From Basidiobolus meristosporus CBS 931.73 (lineage: Eukaryota; Fungi; Basidiobolomycota), in NCBI GenBank assembly GCA_002104905.1, contig MCFE01000260.1, positions 1-64,000 on the forward strand: a stretch of DNA of 64,000 nt, given 5' to 3'. The notes beneath the pieces were generated by a model. It was given only the letters and a program-made list of their open reading frames with translations, did no database searches and had not been told where the DNA came from. This document shows, in pieces, positions 38,030 through 52,235 of the stretch; position 1 is the first letter of the stretch, and each line of letters starts with the position of its first letter. A program made the translations under genes and the position numbers.

Positions 38030-38330
38030 AGTTTAGTTTTTAGTCAAATCAACCAGCATTGTCTTTGGCCTTTCTACATATTAGCATTGTCTTTCAAGTA
38101 AGTCTATCAGTCAACAAATGAATCTGCAGATCCTTATCATACAGAAGTAGAGATATTAAGTAAGATGTAATTTGATGATGGTGATGCAAAAATCTTAGTC
38201 AACAGCCACCAACTAGATTAGGTAATACAATTAGTAAGCAATAGATCTGACAAAAAACTTATAAGGAGCTGCTGGAACCTTAAAAAGATCAGCTGAAGTG
38301 TAGTAAGTACATTACTTGCTAATTCCCTAT
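38030..38330 (+). mobile_element. Further decayed gypsy LTR (approximate)
   Basis: Shares AAATGAATCTGCAGATCC and GGAGCTGCTGGAACCT with the G1 LTRs. Confidence 0.6.
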
Positions 38331-40394
38331 TGCTTGACAACTCTTGCATCAAAACTTATGAAATTATTGTAATCCCTAAATGGTTGAGATTTGCTCAGTA
38401 TTAAGTTATTGTCCATGGGGTTTGCTGCAGGCTTGTAATTTCTCATTTTGTAGAGGCTTAAAATATTGCAGAGGCACTTAAACAGATTCAGCACCATTGA
38501 CTGCATAAATGTTTTACATTTGACTACAATGCTAAGAAAATAGGTCAATTTTCTAAGATCATTCATTGTAAGCCCAATGAAAAGGTCTGATTTTGTCAGT
38601 TTAAATGCCACTGATAACCTGTAGCTGTTGTTTGGGTCTCCACACAAAGTACCAGGTTAATAATACCCTCTTAAGCTTTTTTACATTTGCACTATGGCAT
38701 GCAGTGCTACATACAAAGCTAACCTCATCTGGATATGTGTCAATTTTTTATACCATGCCCTTGATGCCTACTTTAGCCCAAACAGCAATTTCTGAGTTGG
38801 CAAACCTGTGGGTGCCTTTTGAATTGCTAAAACCTGGTAGTTACTCCATACATGTAGTGTCTTGCTAATCCCCACTTAGAAAGGCTGTTTTGAGACCCAT
38901 CTGTTGTAGATCTAGACTGTGTACATATGCCAGAGCTACAACTGTCCTAATGGAGTTAAATTAGGTTACCACAGTAAGTGTTTTCTCAAAGTCCAGTCCC
39001 TGGATCTGGCAATTGCGTCTATCTCCCAATCTGACTTTATACTTATCCATGGTATCATTTGTAGATTTCTTGATCTTGTAGACCAATCTAAGTCCTATTG
39101 GCTTTTTCTCACTTGGAAGTTCCACCCATTCACATGTTGTTGCTCTGATCAGTGATTGGTACTCCTCCTGCATAACCTGTTGCAACACAGCAGCATCTGT
39201 ACTTTATGTTGCTTGTTCCAGATGCTGAAGTTTGGCACATAAGGCCAGGTAAGCTTCATTGTGGTCATTGTATGCCTTCTTCCAAGATCCAGGTGTATTT
39301 GTTATTCAGGTGGATCCCCTGACCAGGATAATCTGTACTGCCTGGCAACTGGTAGAATACTCTTCCATAATTTGATGTACTAGGAAGATGTTTTCCTCAT
39401 TGGTGGAGATTGCATTGTCAGGCAGCCAGCCAATGAGCTTAGGGACTCTGTGGTCTGATTTCTACTTAAATACATCATTCCTTCTCTTGATCAGCTTTCA
39501 AATTGTGCCATTGTACACTCTATACCCTTTTGTATCTCCTCAATGGCCAAGAGAGATCCCTTTTCTACTTTTTGGTACCAACCATGAGTGTAGAAATTGC
39601 CACTGCTAAGGATCCTAAAGTGCTAGAAGTCTGGTTTTTTGCTGGATATGCATCAAAGAGTGCAAAATCATGTGGTGCTGTTGTTTGGCATCTAGTCTTG
39701 ATGTATACTGCACTAGCCACAAATTCAGCCCATAACTTGTAGTCCTTTCCCATATCATGTAGGATATTTCCGCCCATCTCTACTGTGCCTCTACTTTAAT
39801 GTCCTGATACTGCATTTTGCTTTGAAATATCTGGGACAGCAGTCTGTTGAAATAAACTAGTAGTTGAATGATAGTCTACTAGCTCCATATGTCAGTATTC
39901 TCAAACATTAGTACTTCAGAGTGCCATCAATTTACACCAAGCTTGCATTTACCATGTACTTTAAGTACTTGAACATCTCTAAAGCCTCATTCTTTATCTG
40001 TGGGAAGTATACCCACAAATACCTTATCTAGTCATCAAAAACCATTATAAAGTATCTCTTGCCTTCAAAGGATAATGCTCTGATGAAACCATGTATGTCT
40101 GGGTGCATAATAGCAAATTTGTTGGTGATACTGGTGCCTCCTGGGCTCCTGAAATATTACCTGGCTTGTTTCCCATATGAGTGCCTCTTAAAGACACTCA
40201 ATTTGAACAGAATCAGATAACTGAGCCCTAAAGCATATTAACTTTTCACTGATTGGCGCATTTTCTGATCCCCAATGTGACCTAGCCTCCTATGCCAGGT
40301 TTCCCAGATGGTTTATACTGTTTTAACAATGTTAACATACCAATGTGCAATGACTTTGCATTGTAACATGTGTACAATGTGATCTTGGTTTCCC
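38330..40394 (-). pseudogene. Decayed copia pol (family B): pre-integrase, integrase and RT fragments (approximate)
   Basis: TWHRRLGHIG, LWAEFVASAVYIK, EEYQSL...WVELP...KPIG...DKYKVRL. Confidence 0.65.
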
Positions 40395-43300
40395 TGTTAC
40401 AAGTCTTGGCATAAGAGTTGTAGAGGAATAGGGAGTTTAGCTAGTATTGTATTCACCAAAACTGGAACTGATCTTTTTTGAGGTTCCAGCAGCTGCTTAT
40501 ATACATCTTTGCCAGATCATTTGCTGATTAATTGTGTTTCCTAATGTAGGTAGTGGTTGATGACTCATTTGATTGCATCATCATCACCCAATGAGATCCT
40601 ACTTAATATATCAATTCCTGTCTGATAAGGATCTGCTGAATCATCTGCTGACTTATGCAACTGACTTGATAGATAACACATATATTGATTGGCTAAACAT
40701 ATAACTAATTGATTTGACTAAAAACTGATCTAACTTAGCCATTCAAGTGGCAGATCATTTCATTTTCCCCTACTCAAGTTGAGTGGGTTCTCCTGAATCT
40801 CTTTCCTTATGATACCAATATCTTGATGGTTCAGTATTGTTGGTAAGTCTTGCAAGCTTGAGTCTTTCTCTATGAACTAAATCTTCCCAGATATTCCCTT
40901 GTTTGTCCACTAGTTGGTAAGTTGCAAATGGACATTCTCTGATGATCTTAAAAGGTCCAGTTCATTGTGGCTTAAACTTCTTCCAAGTATTGTTTCTCAG
41001 CAATACAAAGCTCCTAACTGTCAATGCCTTGGGTGATATAGTCTTATCAAATCTCTGCTTCATCCTCCCTGCACATTCAGATACTTTGGCCTGTGCCTCT
41101 TGATGTCTTTGTACTAGCTGCTGGTGTCTACTTGGCTGACTTAGTTCATCTTCTAAGGCATCTGTAAGCTTTGGTTGTGTGAGATCTCCTGGAATCCTTG
41201 GTTCACATCCATAAACTAAGTAAAATGGCAATTGTTGGGTGGTATTGTGTACTCTAACTCAGCATGCAAAGAGTGCTTGGCCTATATACTCATCCCATCT
41301 ACTGACAGCTCCATTTGCATACTTGGTCAGCATCTTTCCAAATAATCCATTAAACTGCTGAGTGACTCCGTTAGCTCTAAGGTGATATGCCAAGGTTTTC
41401 AAGTGTCTGATATGCTGCATTTCCTGGAAAGCTTCCAATGTCTTTGTCATGAGGTTTGCTTCTAAATTGAATAGAGGCTCTACACAGCATCCAATCTTCA
41501 TGAGGATCTCATTGTAGATGAAGCTTGCAACTTCTTGGTCACTGGCTACAGGTACTGCTTTGGCCACTGGCCTTTAGTGGCATGGTCAATCTCTACTAGG
41601 ATCCAACAATTGCATTTCCTGGTAGTTGGCAGTCTTCCAATAAAGTAAATTCCCCATCTTTCAAATGGTCTTACTGGCTCCAAGGGAAGGAGTTCAGCAA
41701 TTCTCTGTGGCTGGCCTTGGTTGATTTGGCAATTTGGGCATGTTTTCACTAGCTTCTCAATGTCTTGTTTCATTCTGGGCCACCATGCTCTGGCTTTCAC
41801 AACATTATAGGTTCCTTCAATTTCAGGATGGCCATATCTATTGTGTAGCTTATGTATTAAGTCCAGGCAAGCAACATAAGGGCAATAGGCAATAGGGCTT
41901 CCATCAACAATTTGGTAGAGTGTTTCATCCTGTACCATCAACTTGCTGGCTTTATCCCAGATTATTTTCTTGATCTCTTCATCCGCCTCATTAGGAATGG
42001 CTTGATCCTACAAGTACTTTGGTAATAGGTTAGGCCAATCTGATTCATGCACCAAGTTGAGTTTTGTAACATGTTCTAATCTTGATAAGGCATCAGCAAC
42101 CATGTTGTTTTTCCCAGGGCAGTTAACAATCTCCAAATCAAATGGCTGAATGTATTCACTCCATCATGTTATTCTTCTAGAGAGTACCTTCTGAGTAAAT
42201 ATATACTTGAGGGAGGCATGGTCAGTCTTTATAGCACATTTGACTCCTTCTATATAGCGTCACCATGTCTTCAAGCAGTCAGTTATAGTAAGCTTCTCCT
42301 TTGCATGCACTTGATAGTTTTGTTCTGCCAAGTTCAGTTTTTTGGATTCAAAGGCTACTAGGAAGTCCTTTCCCTCATGTTCTTGGCTCAATACTCCACC
42401 AATTGCACAATCTGAAGCATCTGTGTACAGAGTAAATTCTTTTCCAAAGTCTGGTGTTCTTAAGCTTGACAGCTTAGCAGGTTCATTCTAGAGTATTCGG
42501 AAGGCAGTCTTACAAGCTATGTCCCACTTGTAGGCATTATCTTTCTTGAGGATATTAGTCAAAGGGGCTGCTATTCTTGCAAAGGACTTGACAAATCTCC
42601 AATAATGGGAAACCATTCAAAGGAATGATCTGAGTTCTGATATGCTATGGGGCTGCTTCAGATTCTTGATAACTTCAACTTTCTTAGGGTCTAAAGTCAC
42701 TCCTGTGCTGGTAACTGTGCGTCCCAGATATTCAACATGTTCCTTGACAAACTCACACTTGGCTAGCTTGCTATATAGTTTGCTCTCTCTTAGCTTCTAC
42801 AAGACCTTTTAAATGTGCACCACCTGATCCTCTTCTGTCTTGCTGTATATCTATATATCATCTAGGTAGATTATGACAAGCTTGTTTAAGCACTCCTGGA
42901 AGATATTCTGCATCAGGGTCATGAATGTTGCAGGGGCATTGGTGAGGCCAAAACCCATGACTAGGTACTTTTAATCTCTATATCTGGTCCTGAATGCCAT
43001 CTTAGGGATGTCTTCAGGCTTCACCCTGATTTGATTGTATCCCAATGTGAGGTCAATCTTGCTGAATATAGTGGCTCTGTTGAGTTGGTCCAAAAGCTCA
43101 TCAATCCAAGATATGGGGTACTTATTCTTCACAGAAACTGAGTTGAGGGCTCTGCAATCAATGCACATCCTGAGTAATTGATCCTTCTTCTTCACAAAAA
43201 GTACTGGTGCTCCCCAGGGTGACTTGCTGAGTCTGATATATCCTTGCCCCAATAACTAATCCAATTGTCTCCTCTTCATGTCCAGCTCCTATTGACTCAT

Positions 43301-46300
43301 TCTGTATGGTGTCTTACTTACTGGAGGGCTATATCCTGTGTTAATGGCATGATCCATGTCTCTGACTGGTGGTAGGCTTATAAGTTCATCTGGAAATCTG
43401 TCTGAATATTCCTTCAACAGAGTCTGGACCCTCTGAGTACTGGAGTGGTGGAATCCTCCTGTAATACTGCCATGGGGAACATCTGGGTGCCTTTTCTGAG
43501 TACTCTACGGAACTTTGTCGTGCTAAGTTCACTTGTTTCACACATACTGGAATTGGCCAAGCTGAAACCCAGTTTAGGAGGTAATAGCTCATAGGTCTTA
43601 TTGTCTTTGTGGATCTGAGTAGCATGGGTTCACCAGTTGTTTGATGGAATACAACAGAATAGCCAGGCTTTCCAACTACAAGGTCAAACTTGCAGCTCCC
43701 AATTATATAGGCCCATAGGTTTTCTTCATAATCATTGATCTTCATCCTTACTGGCTGAGTAATACAGTTGACCATATGAGAGTTTCCATCAACTGTTCAG
43801 ACTGAAGTTGATTTGGTGAGTTCAAAGCTGTTTCCAGCTTTCAAAGCAAATTACTCTGACATCTACTCATGCAATGCCTCAGAGTCAATCATGATCTTGG
43901 CAGGTACTCAATTGATTACCCCATTCGGATACAATAGCTTTCCTGAGTTTGAGGTCATCTGGGATAGGTATTCTTCTCCTTATGGGAGGTGAGTTCTGAG
44001 TCTTCATCAAGTTCATCCTCTATGTTATTATGCTCAAGGGCTTCCATATGGTTGAAGATTCTTCATAGCTGGTGTCCATTTTTTTTCTAAGGGCAGTACT
44101 TTGCAATATGTCCCTGCTGTTGACAATTGAAGCAAAGTCCTTACTTCTTACATTTTTTGAGGCAGGACTGCTGCATAGCATCTATTTCCATTGGAACCGC
44201 TTCTCATTGTCTTCTTTCATAATGACTGTAGCCTTGCTGATTAGTTGTTATGGGCTTCCCTACTCCAAGCATAGATAACTTATAGTCAATGGCAATCTTG
44301 GTTGCTTCTTCAAAAGTCTGGGGTCTTCAATAATTCACTTCCTTGCAAGTTCTTTCTTTCAGCCCATCAATAAAGTAATCCACTTAATCCAGGGAGTCCA
44401 TTCTTACTATGTCAAAGTAGACATCTGTATTCAAAAATCTACTCTTGAACCATTCCTTTCTGTCTGAGTGTCTTCAACTTTCTTCTTAGTAGTGTCTGCT
44501 GGTGTGTGGGTTGAAAGCATTGCAAATTTCTGGCACAAACTCATCCCTGGTAGAGATTGTAGAGCATCCAATCATGGTGCTGACCAGATCTTGTTGCGGT
44601 ACTACTGTAAAGCTGCATCTGCCAGGTAAGAGGCTGCATAATATAAATTGCTTTCTGGAGCAATTCCCTTAGCCTTGAAAGCTTCTGCAATCTGGTCAAG
44701 CCAAGTTCCCAGGTTTTCATTGACCCTACCATGATACCATTGACCTTCACACAAAAGTTACTCTTGACAGGGTTTTGCTGGCTTTGGGCCATGGTATTCA
44801 TTCCTTGTTGCAGCTGGCTATGGATCTGAAGTAAGTGTTGCTGTTAGGCCAGGGCTTTCTGCATAGCTTTCTTCCTTTTTTGATTTTTGGACATCTTTAG
44901 GAAGGCTTCTTTTTTTAGGAGGGAGGTTTCTAGTTATCGCTGCTACCAATGTTACAAGTCTTGGCATCAGAGTTGTAGAGGAATAGGGAGTTTAGCTAGT
45001 ATTGTATTCACCAAAACTTGAACTAAACTTTTTTGAGGTTCCAGCAGCTCCTTAAATACATTTTGCCAGGCTAATTGCTGACTAATTATATTTCCTAATA
45101 TATGTTGTGGCTGATGATTCATTTGATTGCATCATCATCACCCACTAAGATCCTACCTAATATATCTATTTCTGTCGGATAAGGATCTGCTGATTCATTT
45201 GCTGACTAATGCTACTGATTTGATAGATAATACTGAAATACTGATAACCTAAACATATAACTTATTGATTTGGCTAAGAACTGATCTAACTTAAACATTC
45301 AAGCAGCAGATCACAACTTTCTCCCCTGCTAAAGTTGAGAGGGTTCTCCTGAATCTCTTTTCTTATGATACCAATATCTTGATGGTTCAGTATTGTTGGT
45401 AAGTCTTGCAAGCTTGAGTCTGTCCCTATGCACTAAGTCTTCCCAGATATTGCCTTGTTTGTCCACAAGTTGGTAACTTGCAAATGGACATTCTCTGATG
45501 ATCTTGAATGGTCATGTCCATTGTGGCTCAAACTTCTTCCAAGTGTTGTTTCTTATCAATACAAAGTTTCCAACTGTCAGTGCTATTGGTGCTATAATCT
45601 TATCAAATCTCTGCTTCATCTTTTCTGCACTTTAGATACTTTGGTCTGTGCCTCTTGACGTCTTTGTTTCAGTTGCTGGTGTCTACTTGGCTGACTGAGT
45701 TCATCTCTAAGGTGTCTGTAAACTTTGGTTGTGTGAGATCTGCTGGTATCCTTGGTTCACATCCATACACTAAGTAAAATGGCAATTGTTGGGTGGTGTT
45801 GCATACTCTGTCTCTGCATGCAAAGAGTGCTTGGTCTGTATACTCATTGCATCTACTGACAACTCCATTTGCATACTTGGTCAGCATTTTTCCAAATATT
45901 CCATTAAGCTGTTCAGTGACTCCATTAGTTCTGAGGTGATATGCCAAGGATTTCAAGTGTCTGATATGCTGCATTTCCTGGAAAGCTTCCAATGTCTTTG
46001 TCACGGAGTTTGCTCCTATATTGAATAGAGGCTCTACAGAGCTTCCAAACTTCATGAGGATCTCATTGTAGATGAAACTTGCAACTTCTTGGTCACTGGC
46101 TACAGATACTGCTTTGGCCACTGGTCTTTGGCGGCATGGTCATTTGCCACTAGAATCCAACAATTGCAATTCCTGGTAGTTGGCAGTCTTCCAATAAAGT
46201 TAATTCCCCATCTTTCAAATGGTCTTACTGGCTCCAAGGGAAGGAGTTCAGCAATTCTCTGTGGTTGGCCTTGGTTGATTTGGCAATTTGGGCATGTTTT

Positions 46301-49300
46301 CACTAGCTTCTCAATGTCTTGTTTCATTCCGGGCCACCATGCTCTGGCTTTCAGAAGGCAATAGGTTCCTTCAATTCCAAGATGTCTGTTTCCATTGTGT
46401 AGCTTATGAATTAAATCCAGGCAAGAAACAAAAGGGCAATAGGCAATAGGGCTTCCATCAACAATTTGGTAGAGTGTTTCATCCTGTACTACATATTTGC
46501 TGGCTTCATCTCAGATAATCATCTTGATCTCTTCATCTACCTAATTAGGAATGGCTAGGTCCTCCAGGTACTTTGGTGATAGGCTAGACCAATCTGATTC
46601 ATGCACCAAGTTGAGCTGTGCAACTTGATCTAATCTTCATAAGGTGTCTGCAACCATGTTGTTTTTTCCAGGGCAGTAGACAATCTCCAAGTCAAATTGC
46701 TGAATGTATTCACTCCATCTGGTCATTCCTCTAGAGAGTACCTTTGAAGTAAATATATACTTGAGGGAGGCTTGATCAGTCTTTACAGTGCATTTGACTC
46801 CTTCAATATAGCATCTCCATGTCTTCAAACAGTGTATTATAGCCAGCCTCTGCTTCTCATGCACTGGATAGTTCTGTTCTGCTGAGTTCAGTTTCTTGAA
46901 TTCAAAGGCAACAGGGTAGTCCTTTCCCCCATGTTCTTGGCTCAACACTCCACCATTTGCATAATTTGAAGCATTTGTGCACAGAGTAAACTCTTTTCTG
47001 AAGTCGGGTATTTTTAAGCTTGGCACCTTAGCAAGTTCATTCTTTAGTGTCTGGAAGGCAGATTCACAAGCTATGTCCCACTTGTAGGTATTGTCTTTCT
47101 TGAGGATATCAGTTAAAGGGGCTGCAATACTTCCAAAGGAATTGACAAATTGCCAATAATAGGGAGCCATTCCAAGGAATGATCTGAGCTCTAATATGCT
47201 ATGGAGCTGCTTCAGATTCTTGATAACTTCAACTTTCTTAGGGTCTAAGATTACTCCTGTGCTAGTCACTATGTGCCCCAGATATTCAAAATGTTCCTTG
47301 AAGAATTCACACTTGGGTAGCTTACCATAAAGCTTGTTCTCTCTTAGCTTCTTTAAGACCTCTTCAATGTGCACCAAGTGATCCTCTTCTGTCTTGCTGT
47401 ACATCAATATATCATCTAGGTAGATTATGACAAACTTTTTTAAGTACTCCTGAAAGACAGTCTGCATCAGGGTCATGAATGTTGCAGGGGCATTAGTGAG
47501 GCCAAAACTCATGACTAAGTACTTGTAATGTCCACATCTGGTCCTGAATGCTGTCTTAGGGATGTCTTCTAGCTTCACCCTGATTTGATTGTATCCCAAT
47601 GTGAGGTCAATCTTGCTGAAAATAGTGGCTCTGTTGAGTTGGTCCAAGAGCTCATCAATCCAAGGTATGGGGTACTTATTCTTCACGGTAACTGAGTTGA
47701 GGGCTCTGTAGTCAATGCACATCCTAAGTGTTCCATCCTTCTTCTTCACAAAAGGTACAGGTGCTCCCCAAGGTGACTTGCTGGGTCTGATATATCCTTG
47801 CTCCAGTAACTGATCTATTTGTATCTTCATCTCTTCCAACTCAATGGACTCATTCTATAAGGTGTCTTACTCACTGGAGGGCTATCACCTGTTTCAATGG
47901 CATGATCCACATCTCTGACTGGTAGTAGGCTTACAAGCTCTTCTGGAAATACATCTGAATGCTCCTTCAAAAGAGTCTGGACCTAAATAACCAGGTTTTC
48001 CCAAGTACAAGGCCAAACTTGCAGTTCCCAAATATATAGGCCTGTAGATCTTCTTCATAGTCATGATCTTCATCCTTACTGGCTGATTAATACGGTTGAT
48101 TATGTGAGAGTTCCCATCAACTGTTGAGACTGTAACTGATTTGGTGGGTTCCAAGTTGATTCCAGCTTTCAAAGCAAATTGCTCTGACATGTACTCATGC
48201 AATGCTCCTAAGTAAATCATGAGCTTGGCAGGTATTCCATTGAATACTCCATTCAAGTATAATAGCTTTCCTGAGTTTGAGGTCATCTGGGATAGGTATT
48301 CTTCTGTCATATGGAAGGTGAGCTCTGAGTCTTCTTCAAGTTCATCCTCCATGTTACTACGCTTCATGGCCTCAACATGGTAAAGGCTCTTGATGGCTGG
48401 TGTCCATTTCTTCTCTGAAGGCAGTGCTTTGCAATATGTCCCTGCTGGTGGCAATTGAAGTAAAGTCCTTTCTTCTTACATTCTTCTGCATAGCATCTAT
48501 TTCCATTGGCACAGCTTCTGATTGTCTTCTTTCATAGTGATTATAACCTCTCTGATTAGTGATTGTGGGCTTCCCAACTCCAGACATAGCTGAGTCATAG
48601 TCAATGGCAATCTTGATGGCTTCTTCAATAGTCTGAGGTCTTTAATACCTCACTTCCCTACAAGTTCTTTCTTTCAATCCATCAATAAAGTATTCAACTT
48701 GATCCAGAGGGTCTATTCATTTGAATGGTCCTTTCTTTAAGTTTGTCCAAGTAGACATCTATATTCATAGATGTACTCTTGAGCCATTCCTTTCTGTTGG
48801 AGTGTCTTTGACTTTCTTCTTAGTAGTTTCTGTTGGTGTGGGGGCTCAAAGGCATCCTGAATTTCCAACACAACCTCATCCCAGGTAGATATTGTAGAGC
48901 ATACCATTATGGTGGCTGACCTTATCTTGTTGTGGTGCCACTGTAAAGCTGCATCTGCCAGTTAAGAGGCTGCATAATGTAATGTGCTTTCTGGAGCAAT
49001 TCCTTTAGCCTTGAAAGCTTCTTCAGTCTGGAAGAGCCAAGTCCCAGGTTTTCATTGACCCTACCATGGTACCGGCTGACCTTCACACTAAAGTTGCTCT
49101 TGACGGGGTTTTGCTGGCTTTGGGCCATGGTAGTCATTCCTTGTTGCTGTTGGGCCAGGATTTGTTGCATAGCATTCTCCCATTCTTGATTTTTGGACAT
49201 CTTGAGGGAGGCTTCTTCTTTCTTCAGGAGGGAGGTTTCTGGTTATCGCTGCTACCAATGCTACCAGTCCTGGTATAAGAGTTGTAGAGGAATAGGGAGT

Positions 49301-49627
49301 TTAGCTAGTATTGTATTCACTAAAACTTGAACTGATCTTTATTGAGATTCCAGCAGCTCCTTAAATACATTTTGTCAGATCAATTGCTGACTAATTGTAT
49401 TTCCTAATGTAGGTTGTGGCTGATGACTCATTTGATTGCATCATCATCACCCACTAAGAGCCTACCTAATACATTTATTTCTGTCTGATAAGGATCTGCT
49501 GATTCATTTGCTGACTAATGCTACCTATTTATTAGATAATACTGAAATACTGATAACCTAAACATATAACTTATTGATTTGACTAAGAACTGATCTAACT
49601 TAAATATTCAAGCAGCAGATCACAACA
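40395..49627 (-). mobile_element. Head-to-tail Ty3/gypsy dimer (G2+G3) sharing a central LTR
   Basis: Three ~368-bp LTRs (40395-40762, 44950-45317, 49259-49627). PBS TTGGTAGCAGCG follows both the 49259 and the 44950 LTR; a PPT precedes both the 45317 and the 40762 LTR. Two gag-PR-RT-RH-IN internal regions. Confidence 0.88.
46637..47839 (-). pseudogene. Gypsy RT-RNase H open segment (400 aa) of G3
   Basis: [33 protein letters not shown]. The RNase H catalytic motif reads TNAS rather than TDAS, and flanking domains are disrupted. Confidence 0.85.
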
Positions 49628-49629
49628 TA

Positions 49630-52235
49630 GGTATGGGAAGGGATATGCTACATGAAAAGGGAATGGACCACAAGTTCTGGGCTGAATTTATTGCTACTAT
49701 GGTAAAAATTGGAAAAATATGCACAACTGCAGCACTACATGATTGTACACCCTTTGAAGCATATACAAAATCAGACCTTTGGCACCTCAGGGCCCTTGGC
49801 AGTGATGACTCCTCATAAAAAATTGTTTTGATGATCCTGTCAGTAGGCTGTCTTGAATCTGAAGTCCCATGACTAAGAGGTATTTGTCCCATCAGAACAT
49901 CTTGCAAAGACCATCAAATAATAATTGCACTCCAGATTTCCAAAATATTTGATCAAAATTTTTCATCACAACAATGAAATTATGGCTTTTGCTTGATTCC
50001 CTGCCATTTATCTCTGTTTCTGATCCTGGACACTCTGGCATCTCCTACATTTGTGTGCATTGATTGGTTATTGCCTCTTTTTTACACTCCTTACTTCCTA
50101 ACTCAACTATTTTGCTTACTTTTTGTGCCAGAGGGTATTTGTTGGGGCAAAAGCTTTCCACTGGGGGCAATGCATTTGCTTTTCAACAATATCCCTATAC
50201 TAACAACATAGTTATACATGGGGCCTTTGAATCTAAATGAGCCCTTTAAGATGCTGGAGAAATTTGAAAAAATTGGCAAGATATTACACAGTGTCTGCTA
50301 TCCTAAGTACTTCTCACAGGCTCCAATCAACATTCATATGCTTATGCAACTATACATTGCAAGGACTAGGTGAGCTGGATATGTATTGATTCAATTGGCC
50401 TTGTGAAGCCATTTCTACCAAGAGTACACTTGGAGTATTGAGAATCACATGTTGACATTGTAAGAATAATTATCCAGAAGCAGATCACCAATGCCAACTT
50501 GATGCATCTACAGCTTTTGTGCAAGGTGCTTGCAATGGGATTTGAGTGGCTATATTACAAGCATACAGCAGAACTCCTAGATCTCTGCTGCTACTGTATC
50601 CATTCTCTACTCCATCTTGCTTGGTGTGCTGAGAATATTGGACCATGCTTCACCTTTTGGGAGTTTCCCATTGAGCAAATGTGTGGGGAGATAGGAACAC
50701 AAGTTAAGTTGCAGGTACTACCATATCCCAATCTCATCAAGAATATTACCTTCAAGTCCATCATTGATGAGATGAGTTGGCACATGGAGGACACCCAGGA
50801 ATAGCTGGAAGATACTAAGGACAAATGTGCACATGGAGACACCTATGCCTCTGGCATTAAGAAGCTAAGCAGCCCCAATATGTGGGTAATCAGTTATGTA
50901 ATGCAAAGTTGGATTGGGTGCAACAAGCAACTAATTTTTATTAGGAAAACTCTACCAAGATATGCTGGATTTCTTGGTCACAAGGCTATTTCTGCACCAT
51001 TCAATACAAAATTCAGACAAACAAGAGCCAAATGCACCTGTACAGGGGTATAGAATCCAGCAGGGAGAAGGAATATATTGGCTAGGTGTCAAGATGTTCT
51101 TTGTAGATATTCATTAGTTGTTGATGGCAGAAGTGATGGCAACCAAGCATATGTTTGCAAGATTTATAAGTTACCAGCAATACAAGGAATATGGCAACTT
51201 TGCAAATATCACACTGAAAAGCCGTAAAGTTCAGGTGATAGAAGTATGTCAGCTGCCACAGATTGGCGTGTTTGTAGAGGTTAGTAAGCAGGAGGCCATA
51301 GTATTTTTTGATTCAAACTATATGTGGAATACCCAAGGTAGTAGAGGGTAAGCAAATAAAGAGGGGTCATTCTACAGTGGAATATATGAACTCCACAAGG
51401 GGAGGTAGAGAAAGAAAACACCATTTGGTAAGTTGGTATGGTGATAATATACAGAACTAGCTGTAGGCCACTATACTGCTGTGATAATGCCATCAGAGGC
51501 TTGCAAAGAGGCCATCAAAACACTGTCAATTTTTTGGCCATATAAGGCAATTGGATGTACTGGCCATTTAGATCCACTCAAATAGTGGTAAAGCACACTA
51601 AGACCACAACAATGCCATGCCACCCTAGGCAAAGCACCATACAAACACTGTTATATTATTAAACTTTATTTGGCTCTAAAATTAGCAAGATGCTGTTGTT
51701 ATTCCATCATAAGATTGTGTCAATGCCCATTAAATCCAAGCTGCTGGTATTATAGCAGTTTGCTGACAGGATCTTGATGGCCAATCTAGATTGGATCTAC
51801 CTGCAGGAGCAAATTACTTTTCATAGGGTGTTTACTACATCCTGAGCAAAAATGCTCATAATTGGAACCAAAAAGTAGAAAAGGAATCTTCCTTGGCTAT
51901 TGTGAAGATACTACAGGGTATTGAGTATATGAGTGCAAAAATCAGATGCTGAACAGGAGGAGGGATGCTGTATTTGGGGAGAACTTGGATAAGAAAGCCA
52001 CTGAGGTCATTGGCTGGCTACCGGATAATATAATCACCACTAATGTGGAAGAAACACACCTAATCAGCAAGATACAGAAGAAAACTCTACCAGTTCCATG
52101 AAGAATCTTATCTTCCTATATGTGCTAAACCCCAGAATCTGGAACAAGTGATGCAAAGTCCAGATGCTACTATGTGGCACCAAGCCATGGAGGAAGAGTA
52201 TCAATCACAGTTAATGGCTGAAACTTCAAACTGGT
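49630..52235 (+). pseudogene. Decayed copia-B integrase/linker fragment split by a CACTA derivative (approximate)
   Basis: KFWAEFIAT...TPFEAY...DLWHLRALG on the left. K.EKGIFLGYCE and WHQAMEEEYQS remnants on the right. Confidence 0.6.
49811..51828 (+). mobile_element. Non-autonomous CACTA-like deletion derivative (~2.0 kb) retaining the transposase C-terminus
   Basis: Left end CCTCATAAAAAATT, right end TTTTCATAGGG. IHSLLHLAWCAENIGPCFTFWEFPIEQMCGEI at 50499-50804. No clean TSD. Confidence 0.75.

Noticed and set aside
40800-41000. Chromodomain at the end of the gypsy integrase
   Set aside because: The tail after QWTGPFKII is short and ends at the PPT; no chromodomain motif seen in G1, G2 or G3.
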